Shown: piece after piece, positions 27,063 through 37,162 of the stretch
Numbering within the stretch: position 1 is the first letter of the stretch
Layout: each line of letters opens with the position of its first letter
Source of the DNA: a virus
Taxonomy: Duplodnaviria; Caudoviricetes
Virus record (IMG/VR): IMGVR_UViG_3300037478_000216
Span: 1 to 45,867 of that record
Strand: one strand, 5' to 3'
DNA length: 45,867 bases
Position numbers and translations under genes: made by a program
The notes under the pieces: model-generated
Seen by the model: the letters and a program-made list of their open reading frames with translations, nothing else
Told to the model about the DNA's origin: nothing
Database searches by the model: none

Positions 27063-28364
27063 ATGGCTAGGCGCATGGCCGCAACCGCACCCGACGGAAA
27101 AAATTGGGGCTGGCAAACCTGGCTCCCGGAGCAGATGCTGCAACGCAAGGCCGAAGCTAGGGCTGGACGCATCCTTGCGATGGCCGCCTCTCAGCGTGCG
27201 CATGACATAAATAGGCTGGAGGCCCTTGTTGCCAGGGCGGTGCACCGCCAACAGCACGGAGCCAGGGAGTTCCTGGGATGGCAGGTTAGGTCTAAAACCA
27301 GAACAGTAGACCTGTCTCCTGGAAATCCCGACGTGATGGGCATCTACTCCTCGGTTTATTCCAAGTCGAGGCTCGGTGAGCCTGTCGGCGAGGTAAAGAC
27401 GCGACCGACCACTCCGGGGGCCAGACCAGTTGCGACCTCTGCCGGTATAGATGGTTCGGTAAACACCGTTCATCGAGCTCCGAGATCGCCTATTATAGAC
27501 CCGCCGAAGGCTGCGCAGCCGAGCGCCCCTGTGAGCCGGAGGCTTGGAGCCCTTCCGACAATAGTTGGAGGAGCCGCCAACGCTGGCACAACAAAGTCTG
27601 TTTGGGCTGCAGCGCTCGGAAGTTTTCAAAGTCGAAATGACGCTGGCGGAATGTTCAGCTACCGGGCCAGGTCCGTTACAAACATAATTAGAAACCCCGC
27701 CGGAAGGCTGAGACTCACAGGGGCCGGCCTAATAGCGATAATGCTGAGCTCGGCTGCAGACATACAGTTTCAGAAAATGAACGTGGCTGCGGCGCAAGCT
27801 GGTTACAAGGGTGGAATATGGACGGCCCCTGAAACGATAAAAGCAAAGGCGTATGAGGACTTTGGGAGTTTTAGCGCTGCTACTGGTTCGCTGATTTCTC
27901 AGGGTGGGGCCGGACTAGCTAAGATACTCAGCGGTCTGTCGGCATGGTCAACAACGATCAAAAGGTCCCTGGGAATGATCAGCGATAGCTCTTATATCGC
28001 CGCGATGGACCGGGCTGCGCGATCCAACCGAAGAATTGACAATGTTGGAGCTGGCGAAAAGGATGGGTGGCGAAACTTCCCCGTTGCATCTGGCGGTATA
28101 ACACTGGCGGAATACAACGAGATCGACACCGAACTTCGACGTCGCGAGCTCCAGTATCACAAGTACACCGCATCGTGGAACAACCTCGCCATCAAGCTGG
28201 CCGATATGACAGTAAACGCCTCGCAGGTCGATATTTTGAACGCAATCAACCCGGCGTTTGATGTTGCAACGGCAAACCTGAGAACGGAGCTAAGAAAGCT
28301 GCGAGATGGGGTTTCGGCCTTTGGCCCTTCTAATAACAAAATAGACGGGGGAGTAAAAGACTAA
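27063..28364 (+). CDS. Short tape-measure-like / ejection protein
   Basis: Ala/Gly-rich, basic, partly hydrophobic; occupies the tape-measure position. Confidence 0.4.
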   Translation: MARRMAATAPDGKNWGWQTWLPEQMLQRKAEARAGRILAMAASQRAHDINRLEALVARAVHRQQHGAREFLGWQVRSKTRTVDLSPGNPDVMGIYSSVYSKSRLGEPVGEVKTRPTTPGARPVATSAGIDGSVNTVHRAPRSPIIDPPKAAQPSAPVSRRLGALPTIVGGAANAGTTKSVWAAALGSFQSRNDAGGMFSYRARSVTNIIRNPAGRLRLTGAGLIAIMLSSAADIQFQKMNVAAAQAGYKGGIWTAPETIKAKAYEDFGSFSAATGSLISQGGAGLAKILSGLSAWSTTIKRSLGMISDSSYIAAMDRAARSNRRIDNVGAGEKDGWRNFPVASGGITLAEYNEIDTELRRRELQYHKYTASWNNLAIKLADMTVNASQVDILNAINPAFDVATANLRTELRKLRDGVSAFGPSNNKIDGGVKD

Positions 28365-29956
28365 TGGCCTCAATCGACGAATATAATGTAGTGGTTGGCG
28401 GCGTTTCGCTGAACAGCGCATGGCGCAAGACTACAACACAGATCGTTATTGTCCGCGACAGCACCGGCACATCTAAGATGGCCGCGATTGAGTTCGTCGT
28501 CGAGGCTGACAACGAGGCCGACCTTGCAGCAAGATGGCGCGCGACCGAACAAGAGTTCAATACGAAGAATGTCGCTGCGCACGGATACCGGATCAACGCT
28601 GCTAATAAAATCTTCGATTGGGGAACCGACGACGGCGAAACAATCAGCATTTCCAGCAACGTGTCGATGAAGGCCGACGAGGCGCAGACGACACTAGCTT
28701 ATTACGGCTACCTTGAAATTGTTGCTGACATGAACCTTGAGCAGGGCGGCGGGGGCGGCGGTGTTGTTCCTCCTATTGGAGGGGACATAGACGGACTCCT
28801 CGGCCCCATCGTAATTGCAGAAATTAGAGACGGCGGCGGAAACATAACGAGGTCTGCGGGCGGCTCTTTTAGTGCGCTGATCGAAGGCGCGGCGATAGGC
28901 CCAGTTGCTATAGTGAGCATCGTGAGCGACGACGGCGCTGCCAAAATAAACTTTGGCGAGGTTGTCTCCGGCATAGCCTCGGCCCCATACGCTCAGGTAA
29001 CGGGCACAATAAACTACAACGGACAGTGGCAGATTACCGAGGTGGGCCTAGACGGCGGAACCGGCTTCACCTATATAGTTATATCTGCTGTGTTTGTTGC
29101 CTCCGAAACTGCCGGCTCTGTCCTAATCGGCGAAGCCACGTCGGCGGAAGACCTGTTCGACGAGGCCAGGGCGTCCATCCTGGGCATTCTTGGCGCTGGC
29201 GAAGATAACCTAACCGTTGTTCACCAGCACACGCAGAACGCCGAAGATGGGACCTTCGAGTTTACAATAACGGTGCAGGAGCAGGACTTCGTTCCTGGCG
29301 GAATAGGCGACGGTGACACCAACCTCGTAAAAGAGGTTAGGATGGTGACGGGCCTCCCGGAGTTGACCGGAATGTGGGAGGCCGATTCCGACCTGGAGGA
29401 CATCGGGGCTTCCTCTGCGGCCCCATCGACGGTGAATATAATCGGAGAGGTTGTCCTGAATCGGCCCGCAATCACGGGAAGTCTGCAAAGCCATTGGGAT
29501 GCCATAAAAGCTGATATTATAGCGCGCGCAGAGGCGGGAATTGACGGCGAAGACCTAACGCTGAAGTCTACGGACGTTTCATTCAACCACGCGACTCCGT
29601 CCATATCCTTCTCGCTGTCGTTTATAAACGGATTTACAGACGCTATAATGCTAGAGAGGACCACCTCCTTTTCCCTAGAGCGCGAGGTTTTCCCATATCA
29701 GGTTGGAGATGGCCTGCACGGCCTACAGTTCCCCAACGAGGAGCCAGTAAAGGTTATCCAGATCGAAATCACGAGAGTTGGCGTTGGCGAGGTAGACCTT
29801 CAGCGCTCCGACCCAACCGAGACGGGATATTACTTCCATCATCACCTGGAAAAGGGCTCTAGCCGTGGGCCACTTGGGGACGGGGCGCTTGCTAACGTCT
29901 TCGTGCAATCAAGGATTGACACATACTTCAGGTTCAAGCTGGAGGCAACTCCGTAA
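28364..29956 (+). CDS. Putative tail/baseplate protein
   Basis: 530 aa, acidic and beta-rich; coupled within the tail module. Confidence 0.5.
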   Translation: MASIDEYNVVVGGVSLNSAWRKTTTQIVIVRDSTGTSKMAAIEFVVEADNEADLAARWRATEQEFNTKNVAAHGYRINAANKIFDWGTDDGETISISSNVSMKADEAQTTLAYYGYLEIVADMNLEQGGGGGGVVPPIGGDIDGLLGPIVIAEIRDGGGNITRSAGGSFSALIEGAAIGPVAIVSIVSDDGAAKINFGEVVSGIASAPYAQVTGTINYNGQWQITEVGLDGGTGFTYIVISAVFVASETAGSVLIGEATSAEDLFDEARASILGILGAGEDNLTVVHQHTQNAEDGTFEFTITVQEQDFVPGGIGDGDTNLVKEVRMVTGLPELTGMWEADSDLEDIGASSAAPSTVNIIGEVVLNRPAITGSLQSHWDAIKADIIARAEAGIDGEDLTLKSTDVSFNHATPSISFSLSFINGFTDAIMLERTTSFSLEREVFPYQVGDGLHGLQFPNEEPVKVIQIEITRVGVGEVDLQRSDPTETGYYFHHHLEKGSSRGPLGDGALANVFVQSRIDTYFRFKLEATP

Positions 29957-32130
29957 TGGCCACACCGAACTCAATAACAATGCACCTGACGGATACCGAC
30001 TGGAGCACGCAGTTTTCCATTCCAATTTCCCTCAGCTCGCCATTTGAAATCAAGCAAAGCGTCGGCCTGGAGCCGCACGTATTCGCTGTAGTATTTCACG
30101 ATAAGTTCAAGGCGCAGTACGATGACTTCATTTCGATAGTTGCAGCGAATCAACCAACCCCGGCAGACACGTTCCCTGCGTGCAAGTTCGAGATAACAAC
30201 CTCCGACGGGACCCCGACCGGAAGCAGGACGGTAGAGTGGGCGGGATGGTATCTGCTTGGGATTGTTCAATCAGACCTAAACGACGACCTGTGGATTGCC
30301 CAGGTTGCAGACATACGCGGCGTCCTCGAATACGGGAAGAGGTCGGCCAAGTATAACCTGAAGTTCGAGGATGGTGGAATTGACGAAGATTCCTTTATGC
30401 CCGACCCATCCGGCGGGATGGGGCCAGATGTTCCTTGGCAGCTCGACCACTACGTCAATGACGTTATAGACAACATGGGCTATGCGATTGACTACGCTTT
30501 CGACAATCCAAAATACATGTCAGCCGCAAACGCCCTGCGAATCACCGAGGTTATCCCAAACAACCTGGGCAATACCGACCGAACGGGGATGGGTGGATTT
30601 GTGGCGGGAAGCCTGAAAGAAACTCTCGGACCCCTGCTGAAACACTACGGCTTTACCCTAATTGTCGGCATCGACGGAAAGCTGTATCTAACGGACAGGA
30701 CCACCGAGAGGACGGACTTATCCGCTCTGCTTGACGTTGCGACCTCTGGTAGCTTTTACGGCGAAAGAGATGTTGTCGCGAGCAGGCCGCAGAACGTTAC
30801 CCTGGTGTTTCAGGCTCTGCGCGAGTTTGCAATGGAGATCTCTACCACGATCTCTCCGGGCAGCATTATGTTTCTCACAAACGTGATGCGCGCAAGCGAC
30901 GACGTGACCGCCATACGGCCCACGTACCGATGGGTTACGGTCGGGGAGTTTGGAGCGAACGGATGGGGAACAAGGCCCCTCCCTAAAAGATTTTCCAGCC
31001 CAACGCTGACCGAAGGCTACATCGGAGATAACTACTTCAAAGAGGAAAGGCTTCCGCGTCCAGTAGATGCCGCAGGACAGCAGACGTCTAATTCCGCCGA
31101 AGTTGAATACATTGAAAACGAAATATCCGCAACGTGGAGACGGGTTTTTAGGGTGGAGTCCGAGGCCGGAAAAAGGCTGTGGTCGAGGGTGCGGCTTGGG
31201 CGGCTAAAGGCAGATGGCGGAACCGAACAGGGCGAAAATGTTTTCTGCGACTACACGATAGTAAAGAGGAGGGGCAGGCTGGTAGAGGTGCTATCCCCCG
31301 GCTCGCGACCCGGACCCGTGATGGCCGACATGATCATGAGCGAGTCGTATCGCTTCTCTAGTAATAGAACCTTTCCGGGAACGCAGCCCGCCCCCTTCAA
31401 ATCGTTCTTTACTGGCGACGGGAAAGAAATGCTGATAGCTCTGGAGCCAACAATCCACAACAACCTGGTGACGAGAGACATAATTATAGGAACAATGTTA
31501 GAGCCCCTGTCTTTGGGGGGGCTTATAGACCTCCATCGGGACACAGAAGACGACCCAAACACGCCACTTCGCGCGACAATAACCAAGCAGCTTGGACGGA
31601 TGGGGGCCGGATATTTTGTGCGAATAATAGCATCTGGCACCCCCGTGAGGCCTCCGGCATACCTCCCAAACCTCCAGCTCCGGGAGCATCGCATAACAAA
31701 GCCAGCATTTAGCACGGGCGGAATCGGAGACCTAGTCCTGCCAGCAGAGGGCGTGTCTGCGGTCTTTGCCTTCACGGCGGCACAGCTGTCAAGGCCCTCT
31801 CTAAGCGGCCCTGCTGCCGCTCCCGGAGACGAGCTGGCCACAGAGCTCCTCAACGCGGCGGACTTAGACGAAATTGCCGAAATGGTGACCGCCGAGGTTG
31901 TCGAGTCGTACAACAAACAAACGATGGGGGCAATTCGTGTGGGCGGAATCCAGCCACTTGTCGACGGAATCGAAGCTGGTGGCGAGTGTAACGAAATGTC
32001 GGTGCAGGTTGGGATGGAACCGGGAAAGATTTACTCGATTACGACCAACTATTCAATCAAGCCTGGGCAAATCGAGCTGATGTTCAAGCGCAAGGACTAT
32101 AACAAGGACAACATCAAGATTTTGGTCTGA
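29956..32130 (+). CDS. Putative tail hub/tip protein
   Basis: 724 aa; position; LLKHYGFTLIVGIDGKLYL resembles hub-protein motifs. Confidence 0.5.
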   Translation: MATPNSITMHLTDTDWSTQFSIPISLSSPFEIKQSVGLEPHVFAVVFHDKFKAQYDDFISIVAANQPTPADTFPACKFEITTSDGTPTGSRTVEWAGWYLLGIVQSDLNDDLWIAQVADIRGVLEYGKRSAKYNLKFEDGGIDEDSFMPDPSGGMGPDVPWQLDHYVNDVIDNMGYAIDYAFDNPKYMSAANALRITEVIPNNLGNTDRTGMGGFVAGSLKETLGPLLKHYGFTLIVGIDGKLYLTDRTTERTDLSALLDVATSGSFYGERDVVASRPQNVTLVFQALREFAMEISTTISPGSIMFLTNVMRASDDVTAIRPTYRWVTVGEFGANGWGTRPLPKRFSSPTLTEGYIGDNYFKEERLPRPVDAAGQQTSNSAEVEYIENEISATWRRVFRVESEAGKRLWSRVRLGRLKADGGTEQGENVFCDYTIVKRRGRLVEVLSPGSRPGPVMADMIMSESYRFSSNRTFPGTQPAPFKSFFTGDGKEMLIALEPTIHNNLVTRDIIIGTMLEPLSLGGLIDLHRDTEDDPNTPLRATITKQLGRMGAGYFVRIIASGTPVRPPAYLPNLQLREHRITKPAFSTGGIGDLVLPAEGVSAVFAFTAAQLSRPSLSGPAAAPGDELATELLNAADLDEIAEMVTAEVVESYNKQTMGAIRVGGIQPLVDGIEAGGECNEMSVQVGMEPGKIYSITTNYSIKPGQIELMFKRKDYNKDNIKILV

Positions 32131-32140
32131 AGAAAACAAC

Positions 32141-35100
32141 ATGGACTATCAACATTGGGCAACTGGTGGAATCCCGATTTTCGAGGTCCACTGGAACATT
32201 CGCAAGAGGGCGCGCGCCGACCTGACGCTGACCGCCGAGGCTCTGCCCGAAACCGGAGAGTTCAGAAAAGATTTTGGCATTCATAAGAAAACGGACTGGC
32301 CTAATACGCTCTATTGGGCACACGATCACAAACAGCAGGGACCGAACGCCTTACCGTTTCCTCGCGGCGGTTCCGGCTCCCGTAGCTTCATCTTCGCTGC
32401 GCGCATTAGCCGCTCGCCGAAAGTAGAAGCGGGGATGACGTATGTTCCAAACCCCGATGATAAGGCTCACTTTCTAAAGGTGCTGAAGGATAGGCACGAG
32501 ACAGACGCTGACTTCGTCGAGCGCAAGGACGGTTCAACCGTTTACACCGGTCAGCTAAAGATTCCAGAGAACGTAAACACGCTGGTCGTGCGCGGCACTG
32601 GACATCCCTACGATTCTCGCAAGCCCCTGATATTTCCATTCTCGCCGATTGTGGCTCAGCATTCTGGTGTAGATAGCCCGGAATACTCTAGCCTCGTTCA
32701 CGACGTAGAAACTGGAATCGGCGGCTCTACATTGTCGATGACGCACAGGGCTCCGATCTCGACCATATTCAGGATTGCCGACGTTCCCAAACAATACCCG
32801 ATCAAGATTGGGAATTACGCTGTACCGCCAGACCAGAAGCGCAAGATTGTCGCCCTGAACTTTGGTGTCGCCGACCCGATCAGGCCAATATGGAAGTCGA
32901 AAGACCCGTGGCACGGTTCCGGGCTTGGCGCGGCGATGTTCTCTGGCGGTGGGATTGCCAACTTTATCGCTCTGCTTTCGGTTGACGCCCTCGGCCCGCT
33001 GGCCTATTCGTCAATGGGCAAACACCTGATTATGGGGCCTGGGAGTTCTGGCCTTGCCGTGCAATCGGGAGCGCTGGCGAGCTATTCCCTGTGGAATTAT
33101 AACGACCCGCGCAAGCCCTCGCACTATGGGCAGACGGGGCCAATTCCGTTTTCTCCCGACATCGAATATCGCGCAAAAGAGCGCGGCCTGTATGAGATTC
33201 CTGTTGAAATAGTGTGGGATAAGGACTGGGTCTATTGGTGGCTAGGCCAGAAGCTGCAAGGCGCATACCGCCCGCAGGGATGGGCTGACTTTACAAAATA
33301 CAATCCTCCCGCAGGTGGAAGCACGGGCACTACCCCTCCTGGTGGGCGCGGCGGCGGAAGATGGCCCGATGGCAGCGGAAGTCCCCCTCGTGGAGGCCCC
33401 GGAGGCGGTGGCGGTGGAGGCCCCGGAGGGCCACGTCCCAATCCCGGCGTTAGGCAGCCTCCCAACAATGGGAACGGCGGTGGAAACAATGGCGGCGCTG
33501 CGCGCCCCGGAAACGGACGCAACGGTGGGGATGGTGGTGGCGGCTCTGGAAATAACAACGGCGGCGACAATGGCGGAAACGGTAGCGGCAGGGTTCAGGC
33601 TGAACGTGATAGTTACTCCGCACGTCTCCGCGCCAAGTGGGCCAAGAAAAGAGAAGAGCGCGCAAGAAAGCGTGCCGAAAAACGCGCCGAAAGGGAGCGC
33701 AAGCGGGCTGAACGTCGCGCAAGGAATCGCGCCAGAACGAGGCAGACGCTAAAAGAGCTGAGCGAGGCTAGGCGTGCGCCCGGAGCGATGGGCAAGCCCG
33801 GAAATAGGCTCCGTCGAATTGGCGAGTCTCAGGGGCCTCCCGGCGAAAGGGACAACGGCGACAGACCGCAAGATGATGGACAGCGTGGACCTGGCCGCCG
33901 TGGGCCTATAACTGGACGGAACCCGCTCGACCGTGGCCATGCCTCTTATTCTCGCACCCCCGGCTCTGCAATCGGCGAAAGCGTAGACTCTGGCGCTGGC
34001 GGAACTAACGGTGCTGGCAATGGTGGCGACGGTGGCATTAGCAACATTCTAGATGACGGCGTTGGCGGGAACGGAAGACCGTCCAGCGGGACACCAACCG
34101 AGGTGGAGTCGCCGAGCGCATATTTTCACCCAATACCAGACGCTATAGGGATTGCACTAAACCCTCCGGCATTTCCCGGGCAGGCAGACGGAATCGGAAT
34201 CATTGGCGCGTTTGCGCCGGGAGATGGCAACGGAATCCCATCCCACGCTGACCCGAACCACGTTAGCGGACCCTCCGGCCCCATTCGTGGGGGACAAAGA
34301 GCCGGACAAGATGAGTCCGAGCGGGACGGGCACTGGCGCGAGCGGGTTGGCTTCACCGAGAAACAGTGGAACGAGGTGCCGCTGGTCGCGCACGATATAA
34401 GCATACCTGTATACGACATGGGGAGGTCGGAGCCAAACTCCGATGATCCGAATAGGCGAGCGCCGCCCGTTACGGTTAGAGATGTAGCATATGACGCGGC
34501 GGGCAACAGGCTTGCGGCGATAGGCCCCGGCACGGTTCTGACCGCTCCCGCCAATCTTGGATTTAGCGACACGTTCCTGCGCAACAGGGCGCGGCTACCC
34601 GCCGTAATTCCCTCTGTTGTTCGCGGCGTTCTAGCGATTGGAGAGGCTGGAGTAGCGCGGGTTGACGGCAAGCTGGCCATTGGCGCAAGGGCCGACGATA
34701 CCTCGCAGATTGCAAGCGGTGTCGAAATCGGGCTAGAATATGATGGCCCCGGCGGCGACGATGTTCCCGACGTTCATATTCGCACCAAGGATCAGAATGC
34801 CGAAAATAGCGGTACTGGTCGCCTGTTTTTCAACGGAGAGCGGCTGTCTGGAACAGGTGGATGGGCGTTCACCGATGTTACAACCGACGAAATCATTGCC
34901 GCAGGGGGCGCGACGGCGACGTTCCCTTTGGATACAGTGGCGGCCCGAACAGCCATAAAGTCGTGCGTCTTGGAACTTCCGGCCCCCTTAGTAGGCGGCG
35001 ATGCCGGATTCAGCATCCTGGCCCGCGTGGGAATCTCAGGTGACACAGACCGATATATGGAGGACCGCGAGGTCCACGAGAACGGCGGTGCGAACGCCGG

Positions 35101-35266
35101 AGATGCTTACGAGCAAGACCTGTTCCCGCGCGACCGGGACTTTGCCGCCGCAATCGAGCCAGAGCTCGCGCTTACCGCAACGAACGACACGCTGGACAAC
35201 CTGACCCCCGGAAGCAGCGGGGTCATAAGAGTTTGGTTTGAATTGGATGTTTTGCCAGTTGGATAA
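32141..35266 (+). CDS. Large tail-associated protein with Gly/Pro/Asn-rich and Arg/Lys-rich inserts
   Basis: 1041-aa ORF in the tail module. Confidence 0.6.
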   Translation: MDYQHWATGGIPIFEVHWNIRKRARADLTLTAEALPETGEFRKDFGIHKKTDWPNTLYWAHDHKQQGPNALPFPRGGSGSRSFIFAARISRSPKVEAGMTYVPNPDDKAHFLKVLKDRHETDADFVERKDGSTVYTGQLKIPENVNTLVVRGTGHPYDSRKPLIFPFSPIVAQHSGVDSPEYSSLVHDVETGIGGSTLSMTHRAPISTIFRIADVPKQYPIKIGNYAVPPDQKRKIVALNFGVADPIRPIWKSKDPWHGSGLGAAMFSGGGIANFIALLSVDALGPLAYSSMGKHLIMGPGSSGLAVQSGALASYSLWNYNDPRKPSHYGQTGPIPFSPDIEYRAKERGLYEIPVEIVWDKDWVYWWLGQKLQGAYRPQGWADFTKYNPPAGGSTGTTPPGGRGGGRWPDGSGSPPRGGPGGGGGGGPGGPRPNPGVRQPPNNGNGGGNNGGAARPGNGRNGGDGGGGSGNNNGGDNGGNGSGRVQAERDSYSARLRAKWAKKREERARKRAEKRAERERKRAERRARNRARTRQTLKELSEARRAPGAMGKPGNRLRRIGESQGPPGERDNGDRPQDDGQRGPGRRGPITGRNPLDRGHASYSRTPGSAIGESVDSGAGGTNGAGNGGDGGISNILDDGVGGNGRPSSGTPTEVESPSAYFHPIPDAIGIALNPPAFPGQADGIGIIGAFAPGDGNGIPSHADPNHVSGPSGPIRGGQRAGQDESERDGHWRERVGFTEKQWNEVPLVAHDISIPVYDMGRSEPNSDDPNRRAPPVTVRDVAYDAAGNRLAAIGPGTVLTAPANLGFSDTFLRNRARLPAVIPSVVRGVLAIGEAGVARVDGKLAIGARADDTSQIASGVEIGLEYDGPGGDDVPDVHIRTKDQNAENSGTGRLFFNGERLSGTGGWAFTDVTTDEIIAAGGATATFPLDTVAARTAIKSCVLELPAPLVGGDAGFSILARVGISGDTDRYMEDREVHENGGANAGDAYEQDLFPRDRDFAAAIEPELALTATNDTLDNLTPGSSGVIRVWFELDVLPVG

Positions 35267-35283
35267 TAACACAGGAGAGAGAA

Positions 35284-35646
35284 ATGGGTTTTACTGTTGT
35301 TCAAAGAAACGCATTTGTGGATAGCACGGATGGTCTTGCTTCTGTTACGCACATGAGCGCACATACCGCCGAACCCGATGACTCTGGCAATGCCGAGGCT
35401 GCGGGTGGCAGTCCTGCTTATGCGCGTGAGGCTGTTTCGTTCGCCGCCGCGTCAGGTGGGTTGGCGGCGGTGGATACCGGCCTGCCTGCCGAGTTTGATG
35501 TTCCAGCGGGGACGTATACACACGTTGGCTTCTGGACCGCATCTTCGGGCGGAACATTCAAAGGCTGGGCCGCATTGAGCGCATCCAAGGTGTTTGCCGC
35601 ACAAGGCATTCTTCGCATCACGGCTGCCGACATGGAAATCAGCTAA
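35284..35646 (+). CDS. Minor tail protein
   Basis: HTAEP..G.AE..GG..YAR..V.F...G.YTHVGFW motif seen in siphophage minor tail proteins. Confidence 0.65.
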   Translation: MGFTVVQRNAFVDSTDGLASVTHMSAHTAEPDDSGNAEAAGGSPAYAREAVSFAAASGGLAAVDTGLPAEFDVPAGTYTHVGFWTASSGGTFKGWAALSASKVFAAQGILRITAADMEIS

Positions 35647-35647
35647 C

Positions 35648-36730
35648 ATGGCGCAATTCTCCCGACCAGATGCAGACATAAACGCCGGGTCTTGGACCAC
35701 AACCCCCTTGTGGTCCAAGACCGACGATGCCGTCGGCTCGGGCGACGCCGACAATATCGAGATCGACCGAAACACCAACGGCTCGTGCACGGTTGGGCTA
35801 TCCAGTATCTCGGCACCTGACACCGGCACCCGCACGTTGAGGGTGCGCGCCAAGAAAGAGGCGGCTGGGGGTAACGCGCGAACCATCGCAGCGGACCTGT
35901 TGGCCGATGGTGAAGGTACTCCGGTTGGCACACTTAGCGCGCAGACGCTCACTGAAAATTACCAGACGTTTGAGGTTACGGTCACCGGCACGATTACTGA
36001 CTACTCCACGTTGGAATTGGTGATCACGGCGGGTGGTACGGTCTCCGGCCCCGGCGGCAACAGGCGTGCGGTACAGGTGGCCGACGTTGAGTTCGAGACA
36101 CCCGACGCGGGTGTAGAGACGCAAGAAGCGACGGCTTCGGGGAGCAACCAGTCCAGCGGCTCCACAACTGGAATAGAGGTGGGCGAATCCGCCGCATCCG
36201 GCACTAACCAGTCTTTCGGTTCAGCCACGGTTGGTGCTGACGAACAGGAAGCTACCGCCTCTGGGTCTAACACGTCGGCGGGGTCGGCTATTGGGGTAGA
36301 GCTTGGCGCGGGCGAGGCGTCGGGTGCGAACGTGTCATCGGGAACCGCGGCTGGGGTGGAAGTAGGAGAAGCTACTGCCTCCGGGGCGAATGTCTCAGCT
36401 GGGAGCGCAAATGGCGTAGAGGTAGGAGCAGTAACGGCAAGTGGAACTAACGATTCTGTTGGGAACGCGACGGCAGAAGATGATGAAGCACAAGAAGCCA
36501 CAGCTTCTGGAGTGAACGTTTCAGCTGGAAGCTCCTCCGGGGTTGAAATAGGAGAAGCTGCTGCCTCTGGGATGAACATGAGCAGTGGTACGGCTTCGTC
36601 TGCAACACAGATCAACCAAGAAGTTCGTGGTGCATGGTTGGTAGACGGGGTACACCTTCGTCTTGGCCCTATCGCTGATGGACAGGTGTACCAGCGCGAC
36701 GGCAACGAACTGATTGGCGTTGACCCATAA
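35648..36730 (+). CDS. Tail fibre-like protein with ~20-aa ASGxNxSxG repeats
   Basis: ATG at 35648; eight repeat units in the C-terminal half. Confidence 0.6.
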   Translation: MAQFSRPDADINAGSWTTTPLWSKTDDAVGSGDADNIEIDRNTNGSCTVGLSSISAPDTGTRTLRVRAKKEAAGGNARTIAADLLADGEGTPVGTLSAQTLTENYQTFEVTVTGTITDYSTLELVITAGGTVSGPGGNRRAVQVADVEFETPDAGVETQEATASGSNQSSGSTTGIEVGESAASGTNQSFGSATVGADEQEATASGSNTSAGSAIGVELGAGEASGANVSSGTAAGVEVGEATASGANVSAGSANGVEVGAVTASGTNDSVGNATAEDDEAQEATASGVNVSAGSSSGVEIGEAAASGMNMSSGTASSATQINQEVRGAWLVDGVHLRLGPIADGQVYQRDGNELIGVDP

Positions 36731-36770
36731 ACTAACATTTTGCCAGTAAAACACCGAAAGGAGATCTACT

Positions 36771-37160
36771 ATGCCAGCAAGATCACATGGCCTGAAAAGC
36801 TCTGTATCTGGACCAGTCGGAGACGGAGAGACGCACCGCTATTACAACTTTGACGTTACGGGAAACTTCATCAACTTCAGGCTCCCGCCCGATTGTGAAT
36901 ACTTCGGGCTGCTGCGCTGCGAAGTCGCAATAACACTTGAGGTGCTTCCGCCAGACGCGGAAGCGGTATTGGCGACGGCAACCCAAACGGCTGGCAACAT
37001 TCGCACGCTTGCCGCAGAGGGCGCGATTCCAAGCCAAGGTATTCGTGGCGGCTCCCTTGTTTATATTGCGACCGCAGAAACCGACGTTGGCGAGCTTGAA
37101 ATCGTGCTCGAAGGAGCCGAACTTCCTGCGACACTTGAATATGCAATTGACGAGGCCTAA
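36771..37160 (+). CDS. Hypothetical structural protein
   Basis: Strong AAGGAG RBS; 129 aa. Confidence 0.6.
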   Translation: MPARSHGLKSSVSGPVGDGETHRYYNFDVTGNFINFRLPPDCEYFGLLRCEVAITLEVLPPDAEAVLATATQTAGNIRTLAAEGAIPSQGIRGGSLVYIATAETDVGELEIVLEGAELPATLEYAIDEA

Positions 37161-37162
37161 AC

